NCBI GenBank assembly: GCA_002633005.1
Contig: NMRA01000148.1
Coordinates: 682,001-746,000 of the forward strand
DNA length: 64,000 nucleotides
Direction: 5' to 3'
DNA from: Phoronis australis
Taxonomy: Eukaryota; Animalia; Phoronida
This document shows, piece by piece, positions 1 to 10,925 of the stretch. The notes below the pieces were generated by a model. That model saw only the letters and a program-made list of their open reading frames with translations, was not told the origin of the DNA and did no database searches. A program made the translations under genes and the position numbers. Numbering within the stretch: the stretch's first letter is position 1; every line of letters starts with the position of its first letter.

Positions 1-1310
1 GAGAACATATACGCCAATTTTTAAAACCATCCTTAGAATGATTTGGTTGATAGAGGGGTGGACGCCAAAAAAAAGACTCGAAAACAGCAAAAAATGGCCA
101 CTAGGTGGCGCAAAATACCTCGATTCCATCCGAAGACGGGAGGATAGCGTCATCTCATCCATAGATGCCTGTATTCAAAATTTTATGAAAATCCGCTGAG
201 GATATTTGAAGATGCAAAGGTAAACGTAAAATCTAAAATTGCCCCCACGAAAGTCGTCGTTGTTGTTTGTCAACATCATATAAATACACTTGTTAAATGT
301 AGTAAAGATCCTGCAAACGGTTTAAGAGATACAGCCATGGGCGCAAAAACGATACTTCCACTAGGAGGCGCCACAGTAGTTGAAGTCATCGGAAAATCAT
401 CGTCAGCCGTCCACTTAATAGTAAAAACATACATGCCAATTTTCACAATTATCCTGAAAGCGGTTTGGTTAGGGTGGAGGCCAAAAAGCAGACTCGAAAA
501 TGGTATAATTGCCACTAGGTGGCGCAAACTAGGTCGAATCCATCTGAAAACGAAAAGATAGCGTCACCACACTAACAGAAGCCTGTACTGACGCCAAATT
601 TTATGAAAATACGTTAAGGACCTTTGTAGATACAGATGTTAACGTAAAAAAATAAAATTGCACACCAGTAGTCAAATCTGTCTGAAAGTCGTCCTTTATC
701 AACATCATATAAATGCACTTACCCGGTACTAAATTTAGCAAACGGTTTAGGAGATACAGCCATAGGCGCAAAAATACAAAACTGCCACTAGGAGGCGCTA
801 CAGTAGTCGAAGTTGTCGGAAAATCATCGTCAACCGCCCTCTTTGTAGTAAGAACGAACATGGCAATTCATCACAAGCATATTTAGAGCGGTTTGGTTGA
901 GGGGTGGACGCTAAAAAACAGACTCGAAAACAGTAAAAATGGCCATTAGGTGGCACAAACTACGTCGAATCCATTCGAAAACGGAAGGATACCCTTGTCT
1001 CACTAATGAGATGCCTATATGCCAAATTTTATGAAAATACGTTGAGGACCTTTGAAGATACAGAGGTAAACGTAAAAAAATAAAATTGCCACAAGCGGGC
1101 ACACCAATAGTCGGTTCCGACCGAAAGTTCGCTCATGCCGTCCCATTCATGAAAGGAACACGTGTGCAAAATTTCATGAACATGCATCAAACGGGTTTGG
1201 AAATAACTAAGCAGCGGACGCTGGACGCCGGACGGAGTCCGCCCAGACGGACGGACGGACGGAGATGACGGCATAATGCGTCCACATAAAAATATGTGGG
1301 CGTATAAAAC
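1..1310 (+). mobile_element. Helentron-associated (HINE/DINE-like) non-autonomous element, 3' part, with internal ~415-430 bp tandem repeats
   Basis: The motif gactcgaaaa...gcca(c/t)taggtggc recurs at ~75, ~491 and ~921. The array is followed by a (GGAC)n microsatellite at ~1245-1262 and a terminal stem-loop atgcgtccacata-aaaa-tatgtgggcgtat before an A-run at ~1276-1309, which is the usual HINE 3' layout. Confidence 0.65.
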
Positions 1311-1388
1311 AGGGAAAAGACAGCCAAGCTCACGGCCCAACTCTTTGGTCCTGCATGTCAGCGCTTGTTCTATGTTCAAATCGAGTCG

Positions 1389-1518
1389 AGCTTGTAAAAA
1401 ATGGGTCAAGGGGTCGTGGACTGTGGGTCGAGTGTGTCGACGGGGCCGTGGGTCGAGGGGGTCGTGCGTCGCGGTGGTCGTGGGGTGTAGGGGTCGAGGG
1501 GGTTTTAGAACTAGCCGG
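1389..1518. repeat. Short GC-rich element of degenerate GGGTCG(T/A)G repeats
   Basis: Repeated gggtcgtgg/gggtcgag units lie between agcttgtaaaaa and ttttagaactagccg. Confidence 0.45.
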
Positions 1519-1559
1519 TACAATGTTTTTCTTGCATCTCTTCATTCACTGAAGATGTT

Positions 1560-2162
1560 TCTCTGAGATGGTTCCAATTTAGGCTGGTTCATAGAATTAG
1601 GCTGTAATGAACTTTTACGCGGGGCGTAATTGATAGCTCATTGTGCACGTTTTGCTTAGATGAAAACGAATCTATTGTCCATGTGTACTGGTCATGTAAC
1701 GTTACTCAACAGTTTTTGACTAATGTTAATAACTGGCTCGTAGATACTGTTGGACATAGTTTAGAGCTGCCCTTACAATCAGTTCTGTTTGGTGTTCAAG
1801 TTAAAGCGGTTTTACAAAGTATGGTTATTTGCCTCGGCAAGTACAACATTTATAAACAAACATTGAAGAGTAAAAACCCCTGCCTTGCACTGTTTAAAGA
1901 GGAAGCTGCATTGTACATTTCCACTGAATGGTATATATGCATAAAAAAGGAAGCACGCTGAATTTATTAACGCTGGCAAGGTATTGATCTTTTTTGTTTA
2001 TTATCCATGAATCATAGTCTCTGGATTTTTAATGTTAAATTACCTTTAATGTAAGTTTACTTTAACTGATCTTTGACTAAACAAAAAAATTACTGTAGTG
2101 TCGTGAGGACACTGTAATTGTGTCATTTGTACTTATTATATTTGAATAAAAAGATTGAAAAA
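1560..2162 (+). mobile_element. 3' fragment of a Tx1/L1-type non-LTR retrotransposon (C-terminal zinc-binding region plus 3' UTR)
   Basis: ORF 1641-1961 carries CTFC...ESIVHVYWSC, the CxxC...E...H...C motif found at the ORF2 C-terminus. It is followed by an AT-rich tail with AATAAA near 2145 and an A-rich end. Confidence 0.7.
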
Positions 2163-2443
2163 CGTATACAGTAAAGTGTAGCAGACACTTGAAGTCAAAC
2201 AACCTTCAAGGAGACGCGCCTTTGTTAATAGAACTAATTAAGTAATCAGTTATAAGACATAATTTTTTTCTTGACGTTTCCATAGAAACGAGGACTCACT
2301 TTGTTACCTCACTAATGCTATAGCAGAGATCGACGTGCTGCTGTAATGAAAATTTTGACGTAGAAAAAGGACCAAGAACGGCTTCTATGGTGTGCGATTG
2401 AACTCAGTAATCGACTTTGAATTGATATATAGTCAACACTTAC

Positions 2444-5065
2444 CTGTCCTTTTAAGCCTATGAAGACAATAATTTCAGTCATGTTAATTACGTGTCTCTT
2501 CCAATAAGTGGTCAACATATTCTTTATGAATGCCAATTCGTGTTCACTGCGCACAGATGTTAGAACACTGCCCTCTGTCTCGCATAAACTCTCAGCAGTG
2601 TCCCATGTTTCCCGTTCATTTTGTTGAAATGATTTGAACACGTAACAGTTGCCTTCGTATAAGAAGTAGTTCTCGGGACAATCAGCAGGAAACAAAGCGA
2701 CTGGCGATTTCTCGATTTCTAACATCTGGAATTCAATAGCAAACCAAAGGTTTTGTACTTGAGTGATTTCTACGAGGGAGCTTTGCGCCGTGTATGTCAG
2801 ATACGTGCTGTCCAACTGATGGTCGGTGGTGTAACAGTCAGATTCAAACCAGCGGCTTCCATCACACGGGCTGTCCAGCTTCTCTGTAATTTTTGGCTTT
2901 TCGATATTCACAGCAAAGTCAGTTACAAAACGTATTAGATAGCGAAAGTACACATTTTGCATCCATTGTCCACAAAGTTCTTTGTTGAAGTATGACAGTC
3001 TGAGACTGATGCGAGAAGGTGATGTCTCTTTGTTGCGAGGAAAAGTTGAAGTGGGAACGTAGATGTATTGCCCGCACGTGTCATTGTAGTGTTGATTGAG
3101 CGCCACATCAACACATTCCGTGCTTTGAGGCTTGAAAACTGAAAGAACCGAAAATGTCAGGATGGTGGATCGTGGAAAACCAGGACAAAAATGGACAATC
3201 TTCATTGGATATATAAGCTCACGTAAATTACAAACTGGCTGATGCGGGTGTATTTGCAAGTAATATTGGAGACAGTTAGACCGGTAAGAACACTCGTATC
3301 CCGACGATTCATTCAGCAGAAGTTCTGTAATTACATTTTTGAACACAGGAATTTCAACGACAGAGCTGAAATTTTCATGACCGCTAGGAAAGTGCAAGAA
3401 AACGATACATGGTCGATGATTGATTTCCACTCCCTCTCTTGCTACATCAGAATAAATAACCATACAATCTGTCTGGGTAACCGATACCTCTATTTCTGTA
3501 GAAGTGTCGTTGTTATTGAAGACTACAACTGTAGCAAATTGTTGTGTCGTATAAATAATAGTTGGATGCTCAGGTCTGCAGAACGGACCTCTCATCGTAA
3601 GCCCGCCGCTCGGTAATGCACCGTCATAGACTGCATAACCAGCTTCGACACAATCGTCGTCGTCAAATGACCTCTTGGAAAAATAAATCTTTAACAATTT
3701 GTGGGGGTTCGAAGCTTCAAATATCCACGCGCAGTTGACTGCCCTTGTTGTATTGAGATGGACAAAGTGTGGAGATGATATTACAAGGCGCCTATCTTTA
3801 ACCAGTTTGTCAGTACATTCTTGTGGCAAGGTGTCGCGGAAAACGGAGCGATATTTGACTTCAAATTCAATGTCGCGGTATCGTGCTACAGAGATGTCAA
3901 CTGCAATTTTCGACTGACTGAAATTTCTTTGTTTGGTGTCCTCGTCTGTTAATACAATATTATACTTCTCTTGTTTCCCAAAGTAAAACGCCCCGTTGTA
4001 CACTCTCATCTCCTGATAGCTTGTGTTTGGTTTCCTTGACACTTTCCACATCAAGGAAATGCCGAACCCAATCGGGACTGAAATTTCCCAGACAAACAAA
4101 TCTTCAGGCCCGTATCTAAACGAAGGCTCAAAACTTGCACTTGGATAAATGATGAGCCCTTCTACGCTGATAGGCATCTTCCTTGGTCCTGTAATCGGCG
4201 CAGGGGCAGTCTCTTTTGAAACAGGCTGATACAAGAGTGTAAAGTCACATTTTGAGTTGATTGAGTCGCATTCGAACACGACGTGTGCTTCGTTTGATGA
4301 AGAATACATAATAGGAATGCGATTGCGGTCACCGCAGAACTTTCCCAACACGTCACTCTTATTGTCACTTCCGTCAAAAATCGTGATTTTGTCATATTCG
4401 CAGTTCTCAGAGTAATCCATGTTGACAGACATCACGTTCATCTCGATCAATTGGTTGACAGGTGCCGATAACTTTGTGTCACAGTATATGTTTTTCCTCA
4501 ACAAGTGATGATAAACCGTCCAAAAACTATACGAATGGTAGTAGTCACGGTACGCGTTTTTACAGGGTCCACCTGTATCTTCCAAACGGTTATTTATTTG
4601 ATAATTGATGACAAGTTTTATATTAGCTTGGTTATAATGCACCAGAGTAAGATTGAACTCGCCGCCGTTTAATAGCCAGACGCGTTCCTCCAACTGATCA
4701 GCCGATCCGCACAGCATATACCTTAGATCTTCATATAGCTTGGCAGATGTTGTCAAGTAAGGACCGCGATATGAGGGCCACTGCCACTCAATGAGCAAAT
4801 GTGGCTCACCAGCAGTAGCTGTGCCACATACAGGTGATGGCGTTAAGTACATTTCAATGAAACTCAATTCAACCATTCCCTTAAATTCCGGTGAAATGAC
4901 CCAAATGTTGCTGTGGACTTTGTTGTCAATGGGCAAATACGTGATCGTGCCCGACTCATCTTTCAGTGTTTTTTCCACGGCGCCACCAGAAGAAGCTGCA
5001 GATAGAATAGGTATGAGCAACAACGCGGCTAATGTGGCAAAATTCGCCATCAGAAGAATGTCCAT
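2444..5065 (-). CDS. Large first coding exon of a secreted or membrane protein with multiple CUB domains and a C-type lectin domain (3'-partial; gene continues leftward)
   Basis: Hydrophobic signal peptide (MANFATLAALLLIPILSAAS). Canonical CUB (C..L.AP...CEYDKITIFDG...LGKFCG...SSSNEAHVVF...F...Y) plus further CUB-like units. CTLD start CPENYFLYEGNCY...TWDTAESLC...LTSVRSEHELAFI...FIGL, cut by a perfect donor CAG|GTAAGT at 2444/2443. In-frame ATGs at 5065 and 5050, with an in-frame TGA upstream. Confidence 0.85.
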
Positions 5066-5440
5066 AAGAAAGACTGACACAGCAACGAATTCTCAAATCT
5101 TGAAGTTTACGGCATTGACATCAAATGACACAGAGCAGAAATCGAGGAAGCTCTTCTCGTATTATGAAAGTCCGAACTAAATGTTTTTAGCACTTTTAAT
5201 TTTTTTTCTGATCTGACAGTTGCACAACCTGAAATCTGTCATCGCCATCAAGTGAACTGCGTAGATCAACAAGGCTCTTGAATCAACGCACTTCCCGACC
5301 CGGGAGGTCCTTTGAAACAAGAGCTCGGGTACCATCCATAAGCCAATACTGGAGCGCAGCATATGAACAACAAAATAAATACCCAGAAACTTAATATCGG
5401 TTACAAGGAAATAAAAACCACGCTGTAGTTCGTTCAAGTG

Positions 5441-7300
5441 TACGGTGGCTGTAAAAGGACTGCACGCCAACTTTTTTCTCCGTTGATAGCTCTATCGATT
5501 GACTTATTAATTCCATCGATATGCTTGCTAACTCTATCGATAGACTTACTAACTATATCGACAGACTTACTAACTCTATCGATAGACTTACTAACTTTAT
5601 CGATAGACTTAATAACTCTATCGATAGACTTAGTAACTCTATAGTTACAGTCACGACATCGAGGTTGCTTACTCGGTTTCAAATCAAAATGAAGAACCGA
5701 AACAAGCTAGGACTTACTCAAAATTATGTAATAAAAGTACTCATACGTCGTTTTGGAGCATCACTAAGCACAATGCAATTGCGACTGACGACTTATGGAC
5801 TTCGGTGCCGTAAAAATATATTATGATGAAGTGGTTCGTTTTGTTGAAGAACAAGTCGTCTCGGGTTCAGGTCAGATGCACTGTTATAGATTTATGCATC
5901 AGAAGTGCGTAGCAAATGGTTTAACTATACCACGAGAGACAATTCGGCAGTTGTTATCTGTCGTTGATCCTTCGGGAGTTGAAGCCAGACATTGTAAACA
6001 GCTAGTTCGGAGGAGGTATGGAGTCCTCAGTCCGAGTGTCGTTTGACATATGGACTCTTACGACAAGTTAAAGCCACACGACATCTGTATTAATGCCTGT
6101 ATTGCCGGTTATTCAAGATACGTATCATGAGTTGAGACCCACAAGACAGTGTCCCAAGGGTCCTTGCAATCTATTATGAATCGGGCGTTCGTAATTATGA
6201 AAGCCACCCAAAAATCATTCGATTCGACCTTGGCACGGAAAATTCCCATGTAACGCCAGATGCGACAATTCTTATGTGAGGCTGATAACTATGGGCTTGC
6301 GGGACAAAACGGCTTTCTATATAGCCAAAGTATCGCCGGCCAACGCATTGGATCTTGGTGAGGGATCCTCAGAAAAGAAAACATTGAGTTTCGGATTTCA
6401 CTTTCTTTACGAATTCCAAGGTCTTGGTATCTTTAATGAAGGCAATTTTGATAAAGAATTTAACAGATTCTGTTACATGAATGTCGTACAAGTAAGTACA
6501 TGTATTTACGGACATGCACATTTCTGGGTGTCGTATGAAACTGCTTAATTTTGATGACAAAATGGAGTTTGGCGACGTTTCTTGTGACAGACCTTCAACT
6601 TTCAGTAACAATACATATCTGCTCGCTCACTGCACCTGTTACATCTTAAAATTAATCATTTATTAGTTTCGGCATTAATGGACAAAAACCCTATGACTGG
6701 AATATACGAATGGTGTCATTTTTAAAGCTACAATTCCGTAAACATTATTACCGTTTTGCAAAATATATTTATTTGTAACTTTTATCCGAGAACATTGATA
6801 ATGGCTGTTTTAACAGTTTCCGTTGAAATCTAATATTTACACTAGTTTGTAAACGATGGGGTGAGAAGCCAATGATTCCGTTTAAAAATAACATTGCTAT
6901 TGCAATCATAACTTTATGTTGGGAAAGTGAGATTGTCGTGTACTGACAAAACTATGTTGATGTTGTTATTTTGCAGAAGGAAGTTGACGAATTCTGTCAT
7001 CTGTGGAATACATACAAGATCCGGCAATACAGGAATATGTACTTGAATGTGAGACCATTTTCGACGTACACTCTTCCAGAAACGTAAGGTGCAAGAAATT
7101 GTCTCTGTGCTGTAGACGAACAAAAAGCTTTAGCTTGCCAACAGGAGAGTACCTCTAAGTCTGATTGTCCCCGCAATGGCGACTTCTATGAGCTGTGTAC
7201 TATGTTGACAGTACACGGATTATAAACGCCCGGTGAATTTACAGAGACTACAGACTTGTACATCCAACTGAGATACATCATTACAGTGGCACTGTAGACT
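5441..7300 (+). mobile_element. Decayed IS3EU-like DNA transposon (integrase-core transposase pseudogene containing an intron)
   Basis: Broken frames read ...GSGQMHCYRFMHQK...RETIRQLLSVVDPSGV...RRRYGVLSPSVV*HMDSYDKLKP..I.INACI.GYSR, matching the WHxDxYDKL...IDGxSR integrase motif. There is a donor at ~6493 (CAA|GTAAGT) and an acceptor at ~6976, after which KEVDEFCHLWNTYKIR resumes. It begins TACGGTGG followed by 21-bp subterminal repeats. The right end was not found. Confidence 0.65.
5485..5645. repeat. 21-bp tandem repeat (~7 copies) with palindromic CTATCGATAG core
   Basis: The unit ctaactctatcgatagactta is repeated and produces the spurious SIDRVSK/SIDLLTL ORFs. Confidence 0.9.
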
Positions 7301-7869
7301 GTATTTAGTTCATATGCTATTATAAGCGTGTGCTGTATATGGTCGCATATAGGTGCATGGGCCTATAGTCGAAGGCATAAAGTTTCAAAAGTGAGCCTAA
7401 CAAAACGTCTAATCCAAGTAACAATCCCTTTTCGTTATCTCAACTCTTTCCTCATGACGAGTTTGTATTGCTCATGACGAATTCAAACATTTAGCTGAAA
7501 TCCCGCACGGTGTGTTAATACCTACAATTTAACTTACCAGATGTGAAAATCTGCAATGAACTGTAAATAGCAGTTATTGAATATTTACTTAGAAAAAATA
7601 AAACTCTTAAATCTACTAACTCCATATCACTCAATAACAACAAGTCTCATAAATTATCAATCATGTCGTACTGGCAACTGCGCACAACATGATTGCACTT
7701 GCGATAACTAAACAGACGGTTAAAACATGGCACTTCGAAAAAATTCACTACTTGCACACTTGGTGGCGCTACAAAAAATGATTGTTGTACACAATGCGAA
7801 TAAACAACGCATAGGTCCTGAATAAATCCCCGTTTACCGTTTTTTTTTTAGTTAACATGTCCACAAACC

Positions 7870-7984
7870 CACGAATTCAAGACCCCTGCATCCCCAGATT
7901 TTAGGCTGGGCTCGCGAATCTGTCGAAATGCTGCTTATTCCTATGCCCTGGCCTCCCTAACTCAAAATCCTGGATCCGCCCCTG
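7870..7984. mobile_element. Terminal fragment of a CAGGGGCGGATCC-type MITE
   Basis: Ends ...aaatcctggatccgcccctg, the same terminus family as the copies at 14506, 26631 and 28159. Confidence 0.55.
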
Positions 7985-8419
7985 GTCAGAGATGTTTCAT
8001 ACAGTTTATGGTCGGAAAATTACATTTAATTGGGTCTTGCTGGCATCGGGCAATGTGGTCATCACAACTGTACCTGATTCCGGCGCCGCGCTCTCTTTGA
8101 TCCTGGTAAACTCCGCTCAGAAGGACGAGCGGTGAAAATTCCCGCGTAAAATCTTTAGAAATGCGTGACTTCCTTGTAAGCGCATTCTTCACGGTATGAA
8201 ACTCATGAGAACGGTTCTATGATTGTTTTTTTTTACCCAATTCCAAGTTTAAGCAGCGGGTAGTCTGCTTGAACTTGAAATAACTGTCTTTTCATTTTAG
8301 AAAAAAAATATTTTGTGAAGCATGCATTCTCTGGCGAATTACAGTTCATCGTAAACGCACTTTTTCTGTTCTTGAGACTTGTTGGCAACCTACAAAATAT
8401 ACATATTCACATGTTACTT

Positions 8420-9290
8420 GGACGAGGCCCGTCTACCCGCCGTCGGCGCTGCTCTCGGCGGCTCGGCCGCGGACGGCCTTAGTCCTGCCGTCGGGCTCCG
8501 TCGGCGCTGCCTTCTGGGGCTAGCCATGGCCACGGCCCGCCTACCTGCCGTCGGTCCCCGTCGGCGCTGTCTTCGGCAGCTTGGCCGAGGTCTGCGTACT
8601 TGCCTTNNNNCGCTGCCTTCGGCAACTTTCCCGGAGCCCGCCTACCTGCCGTCGGTCCCAGTCGGCGCTGTTTTCGGCAGCTTGGCCGAGGCCTGCGTAC
8701 TTGCCTTCGGTCATCGTCAGCGCTGCCTTCGGCAACTTTCCCGGAGCCCGCCTATCTGCCGTGGGTCCCCGTCGACGCTGCCTTCGGCAGCTTGCCTGGT
8801 GCCCGGCTACTCCCTGCCGTCGGTCCCCGTTGGCGCTGCCTTCGGCAGGTTTCCCGGAGCCCGCCTGCCTTCCATCGGTCCCCGTCGGCGCTGCCTTCCG
8901 TGGGCACTCTTGTACGAGGCGCGCCTACCTGGTGTCGGTCACCGCTGTCGGTGCTGTGTTCTGCAGATTGGCCGCGTGCATGCCGTCGATCACTGTCGGC
9001 GCTGCCCCCGGCAGCTCAGCCGAGGCCGGCCTACCTGCCGTCGGTCCCCGTCGGCGTTGCCTTTTGCACCTTCAGTTGGCTGCGGCTCACCTTTACCTGC
9101 CGTCAGTCCCCTTCGGCGCTGCCTTCGGCAGCTTGACCGAGGCCCGTCTATCTGCCGTCCGCCCTCCCCGCCGATCGAGGCCCTTGCCCGGCAGCCGGAC
9201 CCCGTCCACGCTGCCAGCAGCAGCTGGGCCGAGACCTGCCTCCGGCTTCCGTCCGCGCTGCCTGCGGCAGCTTGGCCGAGGCCCGCATAT
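8420..9290. repeat. GC-rich complex minisatellite (~55-60 bp units)
   Basis: Recurrent gcccgcctacctgccgtcggtccccgtcggcgctgccttcggcagcttggccga with variants, followed by a (GTGC)n microsatellite at ~9327-9355. Confidence 0.85.
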
Positions 9291-10925
9291 AAATATGAAG
9301 ATGCATGTGTATATATATGTAAGTGTTGTGTGCGTGCGTGCGTGCGTGCGTGTGTGACAGAACTCTTCGTCGTTCCTGAGTCTTTAGAGGATTTTTCCCA
9401 GACATTCTTATTTATCACATTTCACGTTTGAATAATAAAATTTAACCAATCCCAAGTGTTGTTGGACGTTTGCACAGATTCTGTTTCGTAAATTTGAGCA
9501 CCCAGATGTCAGTGCTTGCTCATTTTTCTCTGCGTGAAAACACAATTTCGTAGGTTGTTTGTAATTTTCGTGCTTTGACTGAGCCCTAGTCGTCACTGGT
9601 GAATGAATAAAAAGACAAGTAATATAACAAGCAATATCACAAAATTTACATTCAGTTCACACATAAGAGCACGGCAGCGAAGCTTGTGGCGGGGAAATTT
9701 ATACTGGGCTGTCCTTGTCTACGAAAACCTTCCCAGTACAAAAACTTTACTGTGGTTTTAAGAGTGGGTGGAATCAGTGTTAACGGGATGATGCGAGTGG
9801 GCTTTCATGCCCCAGAACGTTTGGATAATGTTCCAGACTCTTGACGGTCAGAGCCGAGAAACAAAGAAACTGAAAGTCATTAGTGCATAGACTGAATGAC
9901 GTTACGAAGCGGAGAAAGTCTTGTTACTAAAAAAATATTCATTTGAATAAACATTTAGAAAATTTTGGTAAAACCAGATTTTGGATATTCTTTATTCATT
10001 TGATTATTACTAGCCACGGGTAAGACTAGATTTTCGTTACGTAAGACTGGTACCTTGGCCCGCCCAATCTACACGACACCACTTGTGGCACAGAAGCGTA
10101 TCTCTCAAGACCACAAAATGGCAAGCCAGCCTCAGCAGCGACCACTAGCCAAGATGAAGCGATGGATGTTCAAAAGATTTATACAAAATATAGTCATGTC
10201 GCAACAGCGGGTTGTATGTTGAGTCGTGTCATTAAATTGGGCATGTAGTTGCAAGATGTCAAAATGCGCGACCACGAGTCGCTGGCAGTGACATCACGGG
10301 CATTATGACGTAGTCGTTGTCAGGTGGGCCACGAGTGGACAGCTTGGATGGAACATCCATAATGCCAAGTAAGTAGCGAGAAGACATCAACCAGTAATTC
10401 GCGGTCATTTAGATGATATCCTCAGATCTTACAACTTGCTTGACCTTCAGCATGTCGGCCCTGTTTCATTCTGGCGATTCAAAATGTTATTAAGGAAAAA
10501 CAGTCCCACTGACTATCTAAATTAATGGCAAGACAGACAAATATTAAACCCACTGAATTTTAGCTACCTACTATTGGTGTATGCTGCGTTGCTCAATTAA
10601 GTTATTTTTGACGTTCATGACGTACTGTGTCAGTAATCCGAGTATCCAAAATATGACTTAGGATGGCATATTTTTCACCGGCATGAATGACCCACGAACA
10701 GTTCGGCTGACATATTGCGGCTTTTCAGGTCTTGGCATACTTCATTCATGTTTACTATAACGATAGACAGTTATAACAAAGCTAGATTAATTTTTGTTCC
10801 AGACGCTCGCGGATCCTTTCTAGAGGTAAAGGATGTCTGTTTAAACCAACAAAAATAAAAATAACATTAAGTAATTCGAAAAAAGTTTTCTTCAAGAGTA
10901 ACAAAGAATAGTGGTACTTTTACAG

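Noticed and set aside
2318-2443. C-terminal 41 aa of the 920-aa ORF
   Set aside because: Lies beyond a consensus donor that interrupts the lectin domain, so it is treated as intron.
5485-5645. CRISPR-like array or SIDR repeat protein
   Set aside because: Head-to-tail repeats with no unique spacers and no cas genes, in a eukaryotic context. Better explained as transposon subterminal repeats.
8379-9431. Overlapping 350, 258 and 178 aa ORFs
   Set aside because: They arise from a stop-poor GC-rich minisatellite. The peptides are repetitive in every frame and the starts are non-ATG.
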